DNA of 64,000 nucleotides from an uncultured bacterium (GTDB taxonomy: Bacteria; Deinococcota; Deinococci; Deinococcales; Trueperaceae): contig CAZBVI010000002.1 in the NCBI GenBank assembly GCA_964495325.1, positions 125,729 to 189,728 on the forward strand, written 5' to 3'. The notes beneath the pieces were generated by a model. That model ran no database searches. It worked only from the letters and a program-made list of their open reading frames with translations, and was not told the DNA's origin. The translations under genes and the position numbers were made by a program. This document shows, piece by piece, positions 55,235-64,000 of the stretch. The first letter of the stretch is position 1, and every line of letters starts with the position of its first letter.

Positions 55235-57726
55235 CTTCAATGAGCAGCGACCGAAAGACGTTCCACCTCGTCGGCCACGGCCATCTGGACCCGGTGTTCA
55301 TGTGGCGCTGGCAGGAAGGCTACGAGGCCACCCGGGCCACGTTCAGGTCCGTGCTGGACCGCATGAGCGAGTTCGAAGCGTTCCGTTTCACGAGCACCAC
55401 GACCGCACTCCTGGTCGCCATCAGCGAGCACGACCCGGGCATGTTCGCAGAGATCCGCGAACGCGTGAACGAGGGCCGCTGGGAACTGGCCGGCGGCTGG
55501 TGGGTCGAACCCGACACCAATCTGGTGCATGGCGAGTCGCTGGTCCGGCAGGCGCTGTACGGCCAGCTGGAACTGCAGCGGCTGTTCGGCCGGTCCGCCC
55601 TGATCGGCATGAACCCCGACACGTTTGGCCACAGCGCTGTGGTTCCGCAGATCCTGAGCCAGACCGGCGCGATGGCATACGTCTTCATGCGGCCCGAGCG
55701 CTACGAAAGCCCGGTCGACGCGAACTCCTTCATCTGGGTGGGAGACAACGGTGCGGAGCTGCCGACTTTCCGGCTGCAGAGCTACAACGCTGTCCCATCC
55801 GATGCCCTGTTCTCGCAGGAACCCTTCTACGAAGGTGAGCATCAGCTGGTCGTCTACGGCGTCGGCAACCACGGTGGCGGGCCCACGAAGGCCGCTCTTC
55901 GCGAGATCGAGAGGCTGCGCGGCGAGACCCTGGACTACGCCTGCCTCGAGGACTTCTGTTCCGCTGCTGCCCCCGGCATCGCGCGGCGCGTGACCGGCGA
56001 GCTTCAGCACCACGCGCGCGGCTGCTACTCAACGATGGTCCGTCTGAAACAGGCCAACCGCAGGGCGGAATACGTGCTGCTGGCGGCCGAGCGCTGGGCC
56101 AGCCTGGCCAGTGCGCACGGCTACGGCTATCCCTCCGAATGCCTCACAGGCGCTTGGAAGGACGCCCTCTTCTGCCAGTTCCACGACATCCTGCCCGGCA
56201 CCTGCATCAGGGAGGCCGAGGAAGATGCCCTGCAGCAGCTCGGCCGGGCCGGGTTCACGGCCGCCGAGCTACTGCACTTCTCCGTTAACCACCTGGCTGC
56301 CGTCATAGACACTGCCACCGAGCACACGCCGTTCGTCCTCTTCAACTCCGCCTCCTCCGACCTGGACAGCGTGGTCGAGGTGGAAGTCGACATCCGTCAC
56401 TGGGACCGGGGCAACCCGACCAACAGCCAGACCTGGTGGAGGGAGCGCAACCTGCAGCTGTTCGACAGCGAGGGCAACACCGTTCCACACAACCTGGTCC
56501 AGCCCGCCGGCTTCGACGGCAACACCAACCGGCTGCGCATCGCCTTCCGCGCGTCCGTGCCAGCCCTCGGTTACAGGGTCTACCAGTACCGGGACTCACC
56601 ACCCACCGAGGCCTCCGATGGCTGCAGCACGCATGACGACGGCAACAGGCTCACCGCAAGCAACGGGTCCATCAGCATCACGGTCTGCAAGGATTCCGGA
56701 GCGATCCTCTCGTGGTTCGACCACACGCTTGGCTGCGAGCTACTGAGCGGGCCCTCTGACGTCCTGGCTGTCCATGACGACCCTGGTGACTCCTGGGCGC
56801 ATGAGCTGCGCAGCTTCAGCGAGCAGGTCGGTTCGTTCGGCCGGGCCCGCGTCACTGTCGCGGAGGAAGGCCCCGTTCGCACCGTAATCATGGTCCGCTC
56901 TACTTACGGACGCAGCGAAGCAGTCCGTTGGATTGCAGTGCCCGCATCCGGCTCCGAGGTGGCCATCGAGACGCGCATCAACTGGCAGGAACACCGCAAG
57001 GCGCTCAAGTCGAACTGGCAGCTGAACCTGTCCCAGTGCCGGTCAGTCAGTGGGACGCCCTACCGGGCAGTCGAGCGCACCCCAGGCTCGGGTGAGGAAC
57101 CCGGCAGCGAGTGGCTCACCCTCACCGGCGACGCCCGCGACGACCGGGGCCGCTGGCTGCCCGGTGGCTGGCAATTCGCGAACGACAGCTGCTGGTCGTA
57201 CGACGTCAACTCGAAGTTCCGCCGCTACAGCTGGGGACTCGGTGACACCTCGCTCGGCCTCACGCTCCTGCGCAGCCCCATCTACGCCTTCCACGAACCC
57301 CACGAGCCGCTACCTGACCGGCATTACGACTACCAGAACCAGGGCTGGCACACGTTCCGCTTTACCGTCCGGGCCGGCGAGCCACAGGGTCCCGCAGCCG
57401 CGGTGCGGGCCGGCGAGCTGCTCAACCACGAGCTGATCGTCGTCAGAGAGCACCAGCACCCTGGCAAGCTGCCACGGCAGCACGGGTTCCTGGAGCAGGC
57501 GGCGCCCGGCGCCGTGCTCACGGTACTGAAGCAGGCCGAGGACAACGGTGGTTTTGTCATGCGCGCGATCGATTACGGCGAGGGCGGCCCGGCCAGTTTC
57601 AGGGTCGCAACGCTCGGGCTGATCGCTGAGGCCGACCTGGCCCCGTCAGAGATCCGGACCTGGCGAGCCGGCCCCGGCACAACCCGGCAGGTGAACCTGT
57701 TGGAAGAGCCCCAGGAGGACAAGTGA
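55231..57726 (+). CDS. Alpha-mannosidase, glycoside hydrolase family 38
   Basis: FHLVGHGHLDPVFMWRWQEGY, MNPDTFGHS and FHDILPGT. The length of 831 aa is typical of bacterial GH38. Confidence 0.85.
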   Translation: MTSMSSDRKTFHLVGHGHLDPVFMWRWQEGYEATRATFRSVLDRMSEFEAFRFTSTTTALLVAISEHDPGMFAEIRERVNEGRWELAGGWWVEPDTNLVHGESLVRQALYGQLELQRLFGRSALIGMNPDTFGHSAVVPQILSQTGAMAYVFMRPERYESPVDANSFIWVGDNGAELPTFRLQSYNAVPSDALFSQEPFYEGEHQLVVYGVGNHGGGPTKAALREIERLRGETLDYACLEDFCSAAAPGIARRVTGELQHHARGCYSTMVRLKQANRRAEYVLLAAERWASLASAHGYGYPSECLTGAWKDALFCQFHDILPGTCIREAEEDALQQLGRAGFTAAELLHFSVNHLAAVIDTATEHTPFVLFNSASSDLDSVVEVEVDIRHWDRGNPTNSQTWWRERNLQLFDSEGNTVPHNLVQPAGFDGNTNRLRIAFRASVPALGYRVYQYRDSPPTEASDGCSTHDDGNRLTASNGSISITVCKDSGAILSWFDHTLGCELLSGPSDVLAVHDDPGDSWAHELRSFSEQVGSFGRARVTVAEEGPVRTVIMVRSTYGRSEAVRWIAVPASGSEVAIETRINWQEHRKALKSNWQLNLSQCRSVSGTPYRAVERTPGSGEEPGSEWLTLTGDARDDRGRWLPGGWQFANDSCWSYDVNSKFRRYSWGLGDTSLGLTLLRSPIYAFHEPHEPLPDRHYDYQNQGWHTFRFTVRAGEPQGPAAAVRAGELLNHELIVVREHQHPGKLPRQHGFLEQAAPGAVLTVLKQAEDNGGFVMRAIDYGEGGPASFRVATLGLIAEADLAPSEIRTWRAGPGTTRQVNLLEEPQEDK

Positions 57727-58979
57727 ACCCCGACTCGCCCCTGCCGCCTGCAGGCAACAACGAAAGCCTGCGGCGCAACAACTTGAGCGCTGTGCTGGAG
57801 TGCATCCGGCAGAGCGGCCCGATCTCACGCGCCGACCTGACCCGCATCACCGGCCTGAACTTCACGACCGTGACCAGCATCATCGAGTCGCTCCGCGAAT
57901 CCGGGCTCGTGGCCGACGTCGGCTATGGCGACTCGAAGGGCGGACGCCGCCCGCTCCTGCTGCACCTCAACCCGCACGGCCGCTTCGCCGTCGGCTGCGA
58001 GATCCAGGCGACCCTCGTGCGGGTCGGCCTGGTGAACCTGCTCGGCGAGACAGTAGCCGTCCGAACGTGGGCACTCGGCGCCGAAGACCAGCCGGACGCG
58101 GTCGTGGCGATGATCGCCGCCGCGATCAGGGAACTCCAGGTGGAACAAAGGCTCGAGGCCAGCCAACTGGAAGGCATCGGAGTGGCCGCGCCCGGTCCGC
58201 TCGACACGCGGACGGGCACGTTCGGCAACCCACCGAACCTGCCCCGTTGGCAGGGCTACCGGTTGAGGTCCGGGCTCGAGGCCGCAACCGGCCTGCAGGT
58301 CGTGCTCGAGAAGGACGGCAACGCCGGCGCGCTCGGCGAGACCTGGTACGGCAACGCCCAGACAGGCAACACCGTGCTGTTCATCATCGCCGACGTCGGC
58401 ATCGGCGCCGGCCTCATCCTGCACCGCCGTCTGCATCGCGGACTGCACGACGGCGCCGGCGAATTCGGTCACATGGTCATAGACATCGACGGACCCGAAT
58501 GCTCCTGCGGCAACCACGGCTGCCTCGAAGCCATCGCCTCCGGCCTCGCGCTCAGCCGCAGGGCGGGCCGCGAACTCAGGCGCGGCGTGCAGAGCCAAGT
58601 CGCGGGCATCGAATGGAACGATCCCGACAAGCTGGTCGCCGCCCTGCCCGACCTTGCGCGCACCGACAGCCTCGCAGCCGAGCTGCTCAACCACTGCGGA
58701 CGGCACGTAGGCATCGCACTGGCCAACATGATCAACGTCCTCTCGCCCGACACCGTCGTGGTCGGTGGGCGCCTCGGCCTCTCCGGTCACGTTGGCGCAG
58801 AGCTCGAGCGCCTGGCCCGCGAGCGCTCATTCCTGGGCACAGCAACCGAACTTCGCGTGGTCAACACCGCGTTCCCTGATGGGTCCCTTGTCACGGGCGC
58901 AGCCAGCCTCGTGCTCGCACAGATGCTGCAGGCTCCGATCGAGCTGGGCAACGACAGGAACGGCAACCATGCCGGCTGA
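57723..58979 (+). CDS. ROK-family transcriptional repressor (NagC/XylR-like)
   Basis: The N-terminal wHTH reads NNLSAVLECIRQSGPISRADLTRITGLNFTTVTSIIESLRESGLV. The ROK body contains CSCGNHGCLEA. Confidence 0.85.
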   Translation: MNPDSPLPPAGNNESLRRNNLSAVLECIRQSGPISRADLTRITGLNFTTVTSIIESLRESGLVADVGYGDSKGGRRPLLLHLNPHGRFAVGCEIQATLVRVGLVNLLGETVAVRTWALGAEDQPDAVVAMIAAAIRELQVEQRLEASQLEGIGVAAPGPLDTRTGTFGNPPNLPRWQGYRLRSGLEAATGLQVVLEKDGNAGALGETWYGNAQTGNTVLFIIADVGIGAGLILHRRLHRGLHDGAGEFGHMVIDIDGPECSCGNHGCLEAIASGLALSRRAGRELRRGVQSQVAGIEWNDPDKLVAALPDLARTDSLAAELLNHCGRHVGIALANMINVLSPDTVVVGGRLGLSGHVGAELERLARERSFLGTATELRVVNTAFPDGSLVTGAASLVLAQMLQAPIELGNDRNGNHAG

Positions 58980-59934
58980 GCCCGTACTCGCGCTCGACAT
59001 CGGCGGCACGAAGCTCGCGGCCGGCCTGGTCGGCCCGGACGGCGCGATCCTCGCCCAGGCCGAGACGCCAACTCGCGTCTGGGAGGGTGTCGACCGCTGC
59101 GTCAAGCGCCTGCTGGAACTAGGTGACCGCGTCCGGCTGGAAGCCGGCAGGCCCTCACTGCGCGGTATCGGCATCGCCTGCGGCGGCCCGCTCGACAGCG
59201 TAAGCGGGCGGCTGCTCGGGCCGCCCAACCTGCCAGGCTGGGACGATGTACCGATCGTCGACATCACCTCCGGCCACTTCGGCCTGCCAGCCAGCCTCGA
59301 GAACGACGGCAACGCCGGCATCCTGGCTGAGCACCGCTTCGGCGCCGCACGCGGCATACGGAATGCTGCCTACATCACTCTCAGCAGCGGCGTCGGCGGC
59401 GGGGTGATGCTCGACGGTGAGCTCTTCCGCGGGCAGGACGGCAATGCCTTCGAGATCGGCCACCTGTCCGTCAAGTTCGATGGCCTGCCCTGCAAGTGCG
59501 GCAACGTCGGCTGCCTGGAGGCCTATGCCAGCGGCAATCAGCTGGCCGCCCGCGCCCGCGAGGCGCTGATTGGCTGCGCGCAAAGCTCGTTGAAGACGTT
59601 AGCGGACGTGACCGGCAAGGACGTCGCCGATGCCGCCGTGGCCGGCGACCCGCTTGCCCAACGCCTCTGGTCCGACGCAACCATGGCTGTAGGCAGCGCC
59701 ATCACCACCATCACGCACCTGTTCAATCCCGAACTCATCACGATCGGAGGCGGCGTCTCCCAGGCCGGCGACCAGCTCATCGCGCCCGTCGTGAGCTGGC
59801 TCGACAGGCACGCCTTCCCGCACCTGCGCCGCCAGGTCAGGGTCGAACTCACCCCGCTCAACCGCGACATGGGCGTGCTCTCTGCAGCTGCGGTCGCCCT
59901 GCGCGCCCTGGATGGAGGAAACCGATGCCCCTGA
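58969..59934 (+). CDS. ROK-family sugar kinase
   Basis: ATG at 58969. LALDIGGTKLAAGLV, LENDGNAG and CKCGNVGCLEAYASG. Confidence 0.85.
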   Translation: MPAEPVLALDIGGTKLAAGLVGPDGAILAQAETPTRVWEGVDRCVKRLLELGDRVRLEAGRPSLRGIGIACGGPLDSVSGRLLGPPNLPGWDDVPIVDITSGHFGLPASLENDGNAGILAEHRFGAARGIRNAAYITLSSGVGGGVMLDGELFRGQDGNAFEIGHLSVKFDGLPCKCGNVGCLEAYASGNQLAARAREALIGCAQSSLKTLADVTGKDVADAAVAGDPLAQRLWSDATMAVGSAITTITHLFNPELITIGGGVSQAGDQLIAPVVSWLDRHAFPHLRRQVRVELTPLNRDMGVLSAAAVALRALDGGNRCP

Positions 59935-60482
59935 TCGAAGTCGTGTCCAAACACATTCAGGTGATCTCGAGCCTGTCACTGATAGAGGAACAGTTCAGCG
60001 CCGCCGCTTCCGCGGTCGCCGCCCGGCTCGCCGCTCGCGGCACCCTGTACGCCTTCGGCAACGGAGGCAGTGCGGCCGACGCCCAGCACCTGGTCGCCGA
60101 ACTCATTGGCCGCTTCCTGCACGACCGTGAACCGATCCCCGCCGCCGTCCTGCCGACCGACAGCAGCAGCATGACCTGCATCGGCAACGACTACTCCTTC
60201 ACTGAGGTGTTTGCCCGGCCCGCCCGTGCCCTTGTGACCGAGCGAGACGCCGTGGTCGGCTTCAGCACGTCGGGCAGTTCGGCCAACGTCCTGGCCGGGC
60301 TGCGGCAGGCGCGCGAGAACGGCGCCTACACCGTGCTCTTCACCGGGCAGACTGCCGATCCGGCGTCCGCCGACGCAGTCCTGCGCGTGCCCAGCCGCGA
60401 AACCGCCCGGATCCAAGAGGCGCACGTGCTGATGCTGCATGTGCTCTGCGAGGTCATCGAAGGAGCGATGTCGAGGAGGTGA
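59925..60482 (+). CDS. SIS-domain protein (GmhA/phosphoheptose-isomerase-like)
   Basis: ATG at 59925. GTLYAFGNGGSAADAQHLVAELIGRF and VVGFSTSGSSANV. Confidence 0.8.
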   Translation: MPLIEVVSKHIQVISSLSLIEEQFSAAASAVAARLAARGTLYAFGNGGSAADAQHLVAELIGRFLHDREPIPAAVLPTDSSSMTCIGNDYSFTEVFARPARALVTERDAVVGFSTSGSSANVLAGLRQARENGAYTVLFTGQTADPASADAVLRVPSRETARIQEAHVLMLHVLCEVIEGAMSRR

Positions 60483-60579
60483 GGCGTGAGCGTTCTGGCC
60501 AAAGATCAGCCACACGAAGAGCTTTTGCCTGGAGCGGGTCAGATTGCTTCTGCTACCCGTTGAACAATCAGCCAGCGAC

Positions 60580-62328
60580 TCAATCGACGGGCACGTAATA
60601 GAAGCCGCGGCCCCTCCGCGTCTCGCGACCAGGCTTGAGCAATCCGTCTTCAGACAAACTCGTCAGGATGGTGTTCGAGTGGCTGGTGGATAACCCCAGC
60701 AAATCAGCCACTTCGGTGGACGATACACGTCCGCGGTGGCGGGCCCAACCGGTTATCAGTCGCTGCCGGTTTCCAGGCCCGGCGAGGACTTCCAGGCGGT
60801 CAGCGAGCCGTAGGCGGGCAGCGTTGGAGAGCCTCCAGGCATCGGGACTATCGACCGGAATGCCTTCGATGACCGATATCAAGGACTGACCCGACAAGGT
60901 CGTTCGCTCAAGGCGATCAATCGCCTCTGTTGTCTCCGTTGGGCTCTTCTGCAGAACTGGATATGCAGAGTTCACATCGAACCAGCCCATATGCATGAGC
61001 AGGTCGAGCAGCAACAGCAAGTCCACTTCCCGAGCGACGGTTTCAGGCGTGACCGCCCTCAGGAACTCCATCCAATGCCCGTCCGGCGCTCCTCCAACCA
61101 GGGCCACCCTTACACGAGGGCCTTCAATCTCATGGATGTCCGGCAGGGAGTGTCCCAATGCCAGCATGTCCCTGACCATCCTGTCGACGCCTATTCCCTC
61201 ACGTTCAGCAAGCTTCAGTGCCGAAATGGCAGACGCAAGCGCCCTGTATCGGGGTGTTGAAGGGTAGGTGATGATGTTCTTCGGTGTGACTCCCGGCACG
61301 AAGCCTCCCGGCGAAGTCACGACCAACGTGTCGGCCATATGCTCGACAACCGTAGGGTGGGCCGAATTCCAGTCTCGATGTACAACTCCGTTGACGATCG
61401 CTTCGCGCAAGGCGAGCTCGGGGATCGCGCGTACCTGTACCTGGGCCGGCCCTACTGGAACATGTACTATCCTGTTCGCCGTCATTGCCGCACTCAGAAC
61501 CGCATCCAACTGGGTCAGGAGCGGACCCTTGCGGTTGACTCTTGCGCTGCTGTCGGCGCCGCTGTAGTCGCGGCGGATGTAGTCGATGCCGGGTTCGGGC
61601 GTATCGACGAAAAGCAGGGAGCCGGCATTGCTCAAATACCCGGCCGGCGTGACCAGGTTAAGGCGCCGCAGAAGGTCTGCATCGGTTGACGCAGCCAGTT
61701 CTGCGGCGGTTGGATCGTTGGAGGCGTCCAACAGGAAGCCCCTGGCAATCTCCAGAGCCACCGCGCTGGCGGCCTCGATCCGGTGTCCCGAAGGCTGGTC
61801 GGACCAGTCAAACCCGGACCGAATCACGCGGCCCGCCAGCCAGGTCGCGGCATCAACCTCAACGCAGTTGTCAGCCACTCTCCAGCGAATCCTTCTGTCC
61901 CGTGGGGACCTGATTGGCTCTATGGATTCCGGAGGACGCAACAGTAACAGGCGCACACCGTGAAGCTCAGCCTCTCGTATGTCAACCGTGAGCTTGGAGT
62001 CGCTTACTTCATAGATCCTGTGTCGGAGCCATTCAGTATCGAGGTTCGTTCCAAGGGATTCGCCCTCATCCGAAATGCCCAGTATTATTACGCCGCTACC
62101 CGGCGTGTTGGACATGCAAGCGAGCTCGTCGACCAGGTAGGCTGCCGCAGCCTCATTGCGACTTTCACCGGCCAGGATCTGACCTCCCGGACCCCTGCGG
62201 CCCGGTTCTTCCTTGATTTCGATCATGCTTCGTTCGATATCCCGTGGTCTCTTGCCAGCGGCAACCTGTGTCAGGACAGCCTTCAGCTCCTCTTCAATCT
62301 TTTGCGGACCAAGAAATCGAAAGTTCAC
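60580..62328 (-). CDS. AlbA_2/Schlafen-like plus HATPase_c_4-like plus C-terminal wHTH protein (putative DNA-binding ATP-binding regulator)
   Basis: The probable GTG start at 62328 has a GGAGG Shine-Dalgarno sequence; upstream ORF residues look non-coding. SMIEIKEE..., ALREAIVNGVVHRDWN...TVVEH..LVVTSPGG and a C-terminal VSSTEVADLLGLSTSHSNTILTSLSEDGLL. Confidence 0.65.
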   Translation of the reverse strand: MNFRFLGPQKIEEELKAVLTQVAAGKRPRDIERSMIEIKEEPGRRGPGGQILAGESRNEAAAAYLVDELACMSNTPGSGVIILGISDEGESLGTNLDTEWLRHRIYEVSDSKLTVDIREAELHGVRLLLLRPPESIEPIRSPRDRRIRWRVADNCVEVDAATWLAGRVIRSGFDWSDQPSGHRIEAASAVALEIARGFLLDASNDPTAAELAASTDADLLRRLNLVTPAGYLSNAGSLLFVDTPEPGIDYIRRDYSGADSSARVNRKGPLLTQLDAVLSAAMTANRIVHVPVGPAQVQVRAIPELALREAIVNGVVHRDWNSAHPTVVEHMADTLVVTSPGGFVPGVTPKNIITYPSTPRYRALASAISALKLAEREGIGVDRMVRDMLALGHSLPDIHEIEGPRVRVALVGGAPDGHWMEFLRAVTPETVAREVDLLLLLDLLMHMGWFDVNSAYPVLQKSPTETTEAIDRLERTTLSGQSLISVIEGIPVDSPDAWRLSNAARLRLADRLEVLAGPGNRQRLITGWARHRGRVSSTEVADLLGLSTSHSNTILTSLSEDGLLKPGRETRRGRGFYYVPVD

Positions 62329-62835
62329 TGCATGCCTCCATGGCCTCGGTTCGCCGCCGAGAATAATCAACAGTGTACGCCAGTGCGCACCGATCACTGG
62401 TGATTTAGCGAATAAAAGACCACTATTTCCTGACCGCCACGGATTACTGGTGTTTTCATGGCGAAAACACCAGCCTTGGCATTCATGGCGTGATTGAGCG
62501 AGGGAGTGACACTCACGCTTTCCGACGATGGGGCGCATTGGGCTCAACCAGCACCGCGGGATGCTCCAGAGAGTCAGCAACTACACCGGATAAGTTTGAT
62601 CAGCTCAACCGCAGTTGATTGATGGTGGCTTCTGGGGACGTTGCCAACAAGCACCCAGGCATCCGCCAAGCAGATCCGGTCGGCGCAACTCAGCCTTGCT
62701 ATAGATGAGAGATGACGACTGGAGGCAACCTGAAACTTGGCTGCATCAAGCCGGATTCAGCCCCGCACCACTCGGAGCTCGGTCCACGACCACCGCCCGG
62801 CAACGTCCTTGAGTTTGACAGCAGCGTACAGCACT

Positions 62836-62849
62836 TGTACAATTGTACA
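62836..62849. promoter_or_regulatory. Perfect 14-bp palindrome TGTACAATTGTACA immediately upstream of the PIN gene, a candidate TA operator
   Basis: Read directly from the sequence. It ends 3 nt before the ATG at 62853. An additional GTACA half-site lies at 62826-62830. Confidence 0.5.
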
Positions 62850-62852
62850 TCA

Positions 62853-63257
62853 ATGGCCCGGGTGATAACCATCGACACTTCCGCAATCCTGGCCGTTGTC
62901 CTCAACGAGCCGATACGTGAGCAGCTGCTGAAGCTGACTCGTGGAGCCACGCTCGTAGCGGCCCCGACGTTACCGTGGGAAGTAGGCAACGCCTTGAGCG
63001 CCCTCTTCAAACGGCGCCGCCTCAAGCTGCCAGTGGCACAGCAGGTGCTGGAGCAGTTCCAACGCATCCCGGTGCAACTCCTGGAGACCAGTATCGGAGC
63101 ATCCGTTGCTGTTGCGCACCGCTGGAACCTCTGCGCCTATGACGCCTACGTCATCGAATGCGCCCGAGCCGTGAACGCTCCTCTGCTCTCGCTTGACCGG
63201 CGACAGTGCGAGGCGGCCAGCCAGGCAGGCGTATCTGTCCTGGAGGTGGAACCATGA
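62853..63257 (+). CDS. vapC: PIN-domain ribonuclease toxin (VapC-like)
   Basis: ITIDTSAILAVV (Asp), PWEVGNAL (Glu), YDAYVIECA (Asp) and LLSLDRR (Asp). This is the four acidic residues of the PIN fold. Confidence 0.8.
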   Translation: MARVITIDTSAILAVVLNEPIREQLLKLTRGATLVAAPTLPWEVGNALSALFKRRRLKLPVAQQVLEQFQRIPVQLLETSIGASVAVAHRWNLCAYDAYVIECARAVNAPLLSLDRRQCEAASQAGVSVLEVEP

Positions 63258-63472
63258 AGGTCTACACCTACTCGGACGCCAGGCAGCAGCTGGCCCGTCT
63301 CCTGGACGAGGCCCTTGCCGAAGGCGAGGTCCGCATCAAGAGACGCGACGGAACCACTTTCGCGCTCACGCACGTCAAGCAAACCGGTTCACCTCTTGAC
63401 GTTCCCGGTGTTGATACGGGGATCACCCGCGACGAGATCCTGGCGGCTATCGCAGAGTCACGAGAGCGGTAA
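63254..63472 (+). CDS. Phd/YefM-type antitoxin-like protein
   Basis: MKVYTYSDARQQLARLLDEALAEGEVRIKRRDGTTFALTHV is a typical Phd/YefM N-terminus. ATGA overlap with the PIN gene stop. Confidence 0.75.
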   Translation: MKVYTYSDARQQLARLLDEALAEGEVRIKRRDGTTFALTHVKQTGSPLDVPGVDTGITRDEILAAIAESRER

Positions 63473-64000
63473 CACCTGCCCCCGGACCGCTCCGCGAACA
63501 ACGGCGCCCGCCAACAGGCTGATAGCCGTTGCCGTCACCGCGACCGTTGAGAGGTACTCGGCCACGCCGACGCGCTCGAAAGGCGTGTGATCCAGCGCCG
63601 AGTCACCGGGCCCGTAGGCGAGCGCAGGAGCCGACCAGTACGGGGCGACCACGTTCATGTCGCTCGTTCCCGTCTTGACCTTGAAGCCCGGCCGGCCGCC
63701 GTGCTGCCTGATCGCGGCGCGGAAGCTGCGGCTGAGTAGCGAGTCTTTCGGCCTGAGCACGGCGTCTATGGCGCCGCTCGCCCGGCATTCAAGCCTTGCG
63801 CCGGCCGAGGGCGTAAGACTGCTCGCGGCAGCGCGTCGCAGCCTACGCTCCGCCTCGTGCGCACGCACTCCCGGGGGCAGGCGGAACGAGACAGAGGCCC
63901 CCGCCACCTGTTCGAGCCCGTCGCTGGAACTGGCCAGGGCGCCCACGGTCATCTGCACCCTGTCGAACTGCCCGGATCCCGCGCCCACTTCCGGCGCGAG
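63458..64000 (-). CDS. M20-family deacylase (ArgE / LysK-like), C-terminal part; the gene continues beyond the window
   Basis: FKVKTGTSDMNVVAPYWSAPALAYGPGDSALDHTPFERV resembles the C-terminus of acetylornithine deacetylase or [LysW]-lysine hydrolase. The reading frame is open to the window edge. Confidence 0.6.
   Translation of the reverse strand, partial: LAPEVGAGSGQFDRVQMTVGALASSSDGLEQVAGASVSFRLPPGVRAHEAERRLRRAAASSLTPSAGARLECRASGAIDAVLRPKDSLLSRSFRAAIRQHGGRPGFKVKTGTSDMNVVAPYWSAPALAYGPGDSALDHTPFERVGVAEYLSTVAVTATAISLLAGAVVRGAVRGQVLPLS

Noticed and set aside
1-64000. Searched by eye for CRISPR arrays, rRNA, tRNA, IS elements, integrases and large direct repeats.
   Set aside because: I found no regularly spaced repeats, no cloverleaf-like or rRNA-like segments, and no DDE or tyrosine-recombinase-like ORFs. 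Absence by eye is not proof; tRNAscan-SE, Infernal or ISEScan should be run.

Overview
High-GC bacterial chromosomal segment with dense operons, many ATGA/GTGA start-stop overlaps, and long antisense shadow ORFs. The taxon cannot be fixed from sequence alone. Some proteins, such as the DarT/DarG pair and an ArgE/LysK-like M20 fragment, recall Deinococcus-Thermus-type genomes. All calls rest on reading the translated ORFs and recognising motifs; no searches were run.

Layout:
- 0-8 kb: surface-polysaccharide locus with two GT4 glycosyltransferases, two Wzy_C/O-antigen-ligase-like membrane proteins and ugd, interrupted by a decayed nucleotidyltransferase module.
- 9-14.4 kb: GntR regulator, polar amino-acid ABC importer and a cyclic amidohydrolase.
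- 14.9-19.7 kb: Dpp-type ABC operon (no ATPases) ending in an M14-like peptidase.
- 19.7-27.1 kb: SARP-like regulator divergent from a four-gene, fully Sec-secreted operon. This is a candidate uncharacterised surface-fibre assembly system resembling chaperone-usher.
- 27.1-28.9 kb: mosaic of gene fragments.
- 29-39.7 kb: M24 peptidase and a long RpiR-controlled sugar operon.
- 40.2-51.8 kb: accessory DNA-transaction/defence-like island. It holds a low-GC two-gene cassette, an XPB helicase trio, DarT-DarG, a divergently transcribed primase-polymerase (AEP)-SF2 helicase fusion, and an AAA/DUF4143 ATPase.
- 52-60.5 kb: mannoside utilisation locus (ABC transporter, GH38, ROK regulator and kinase, SIS protein).
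- 60.6-63.5 kb: AlbA_2/Schlafen-like protein and a reverse-order PIN-Phd pair.
- Window end: truncated M20 hydrolase.

No rRNA, tRNA, CRISPR array, transposase or integrase was recognised.
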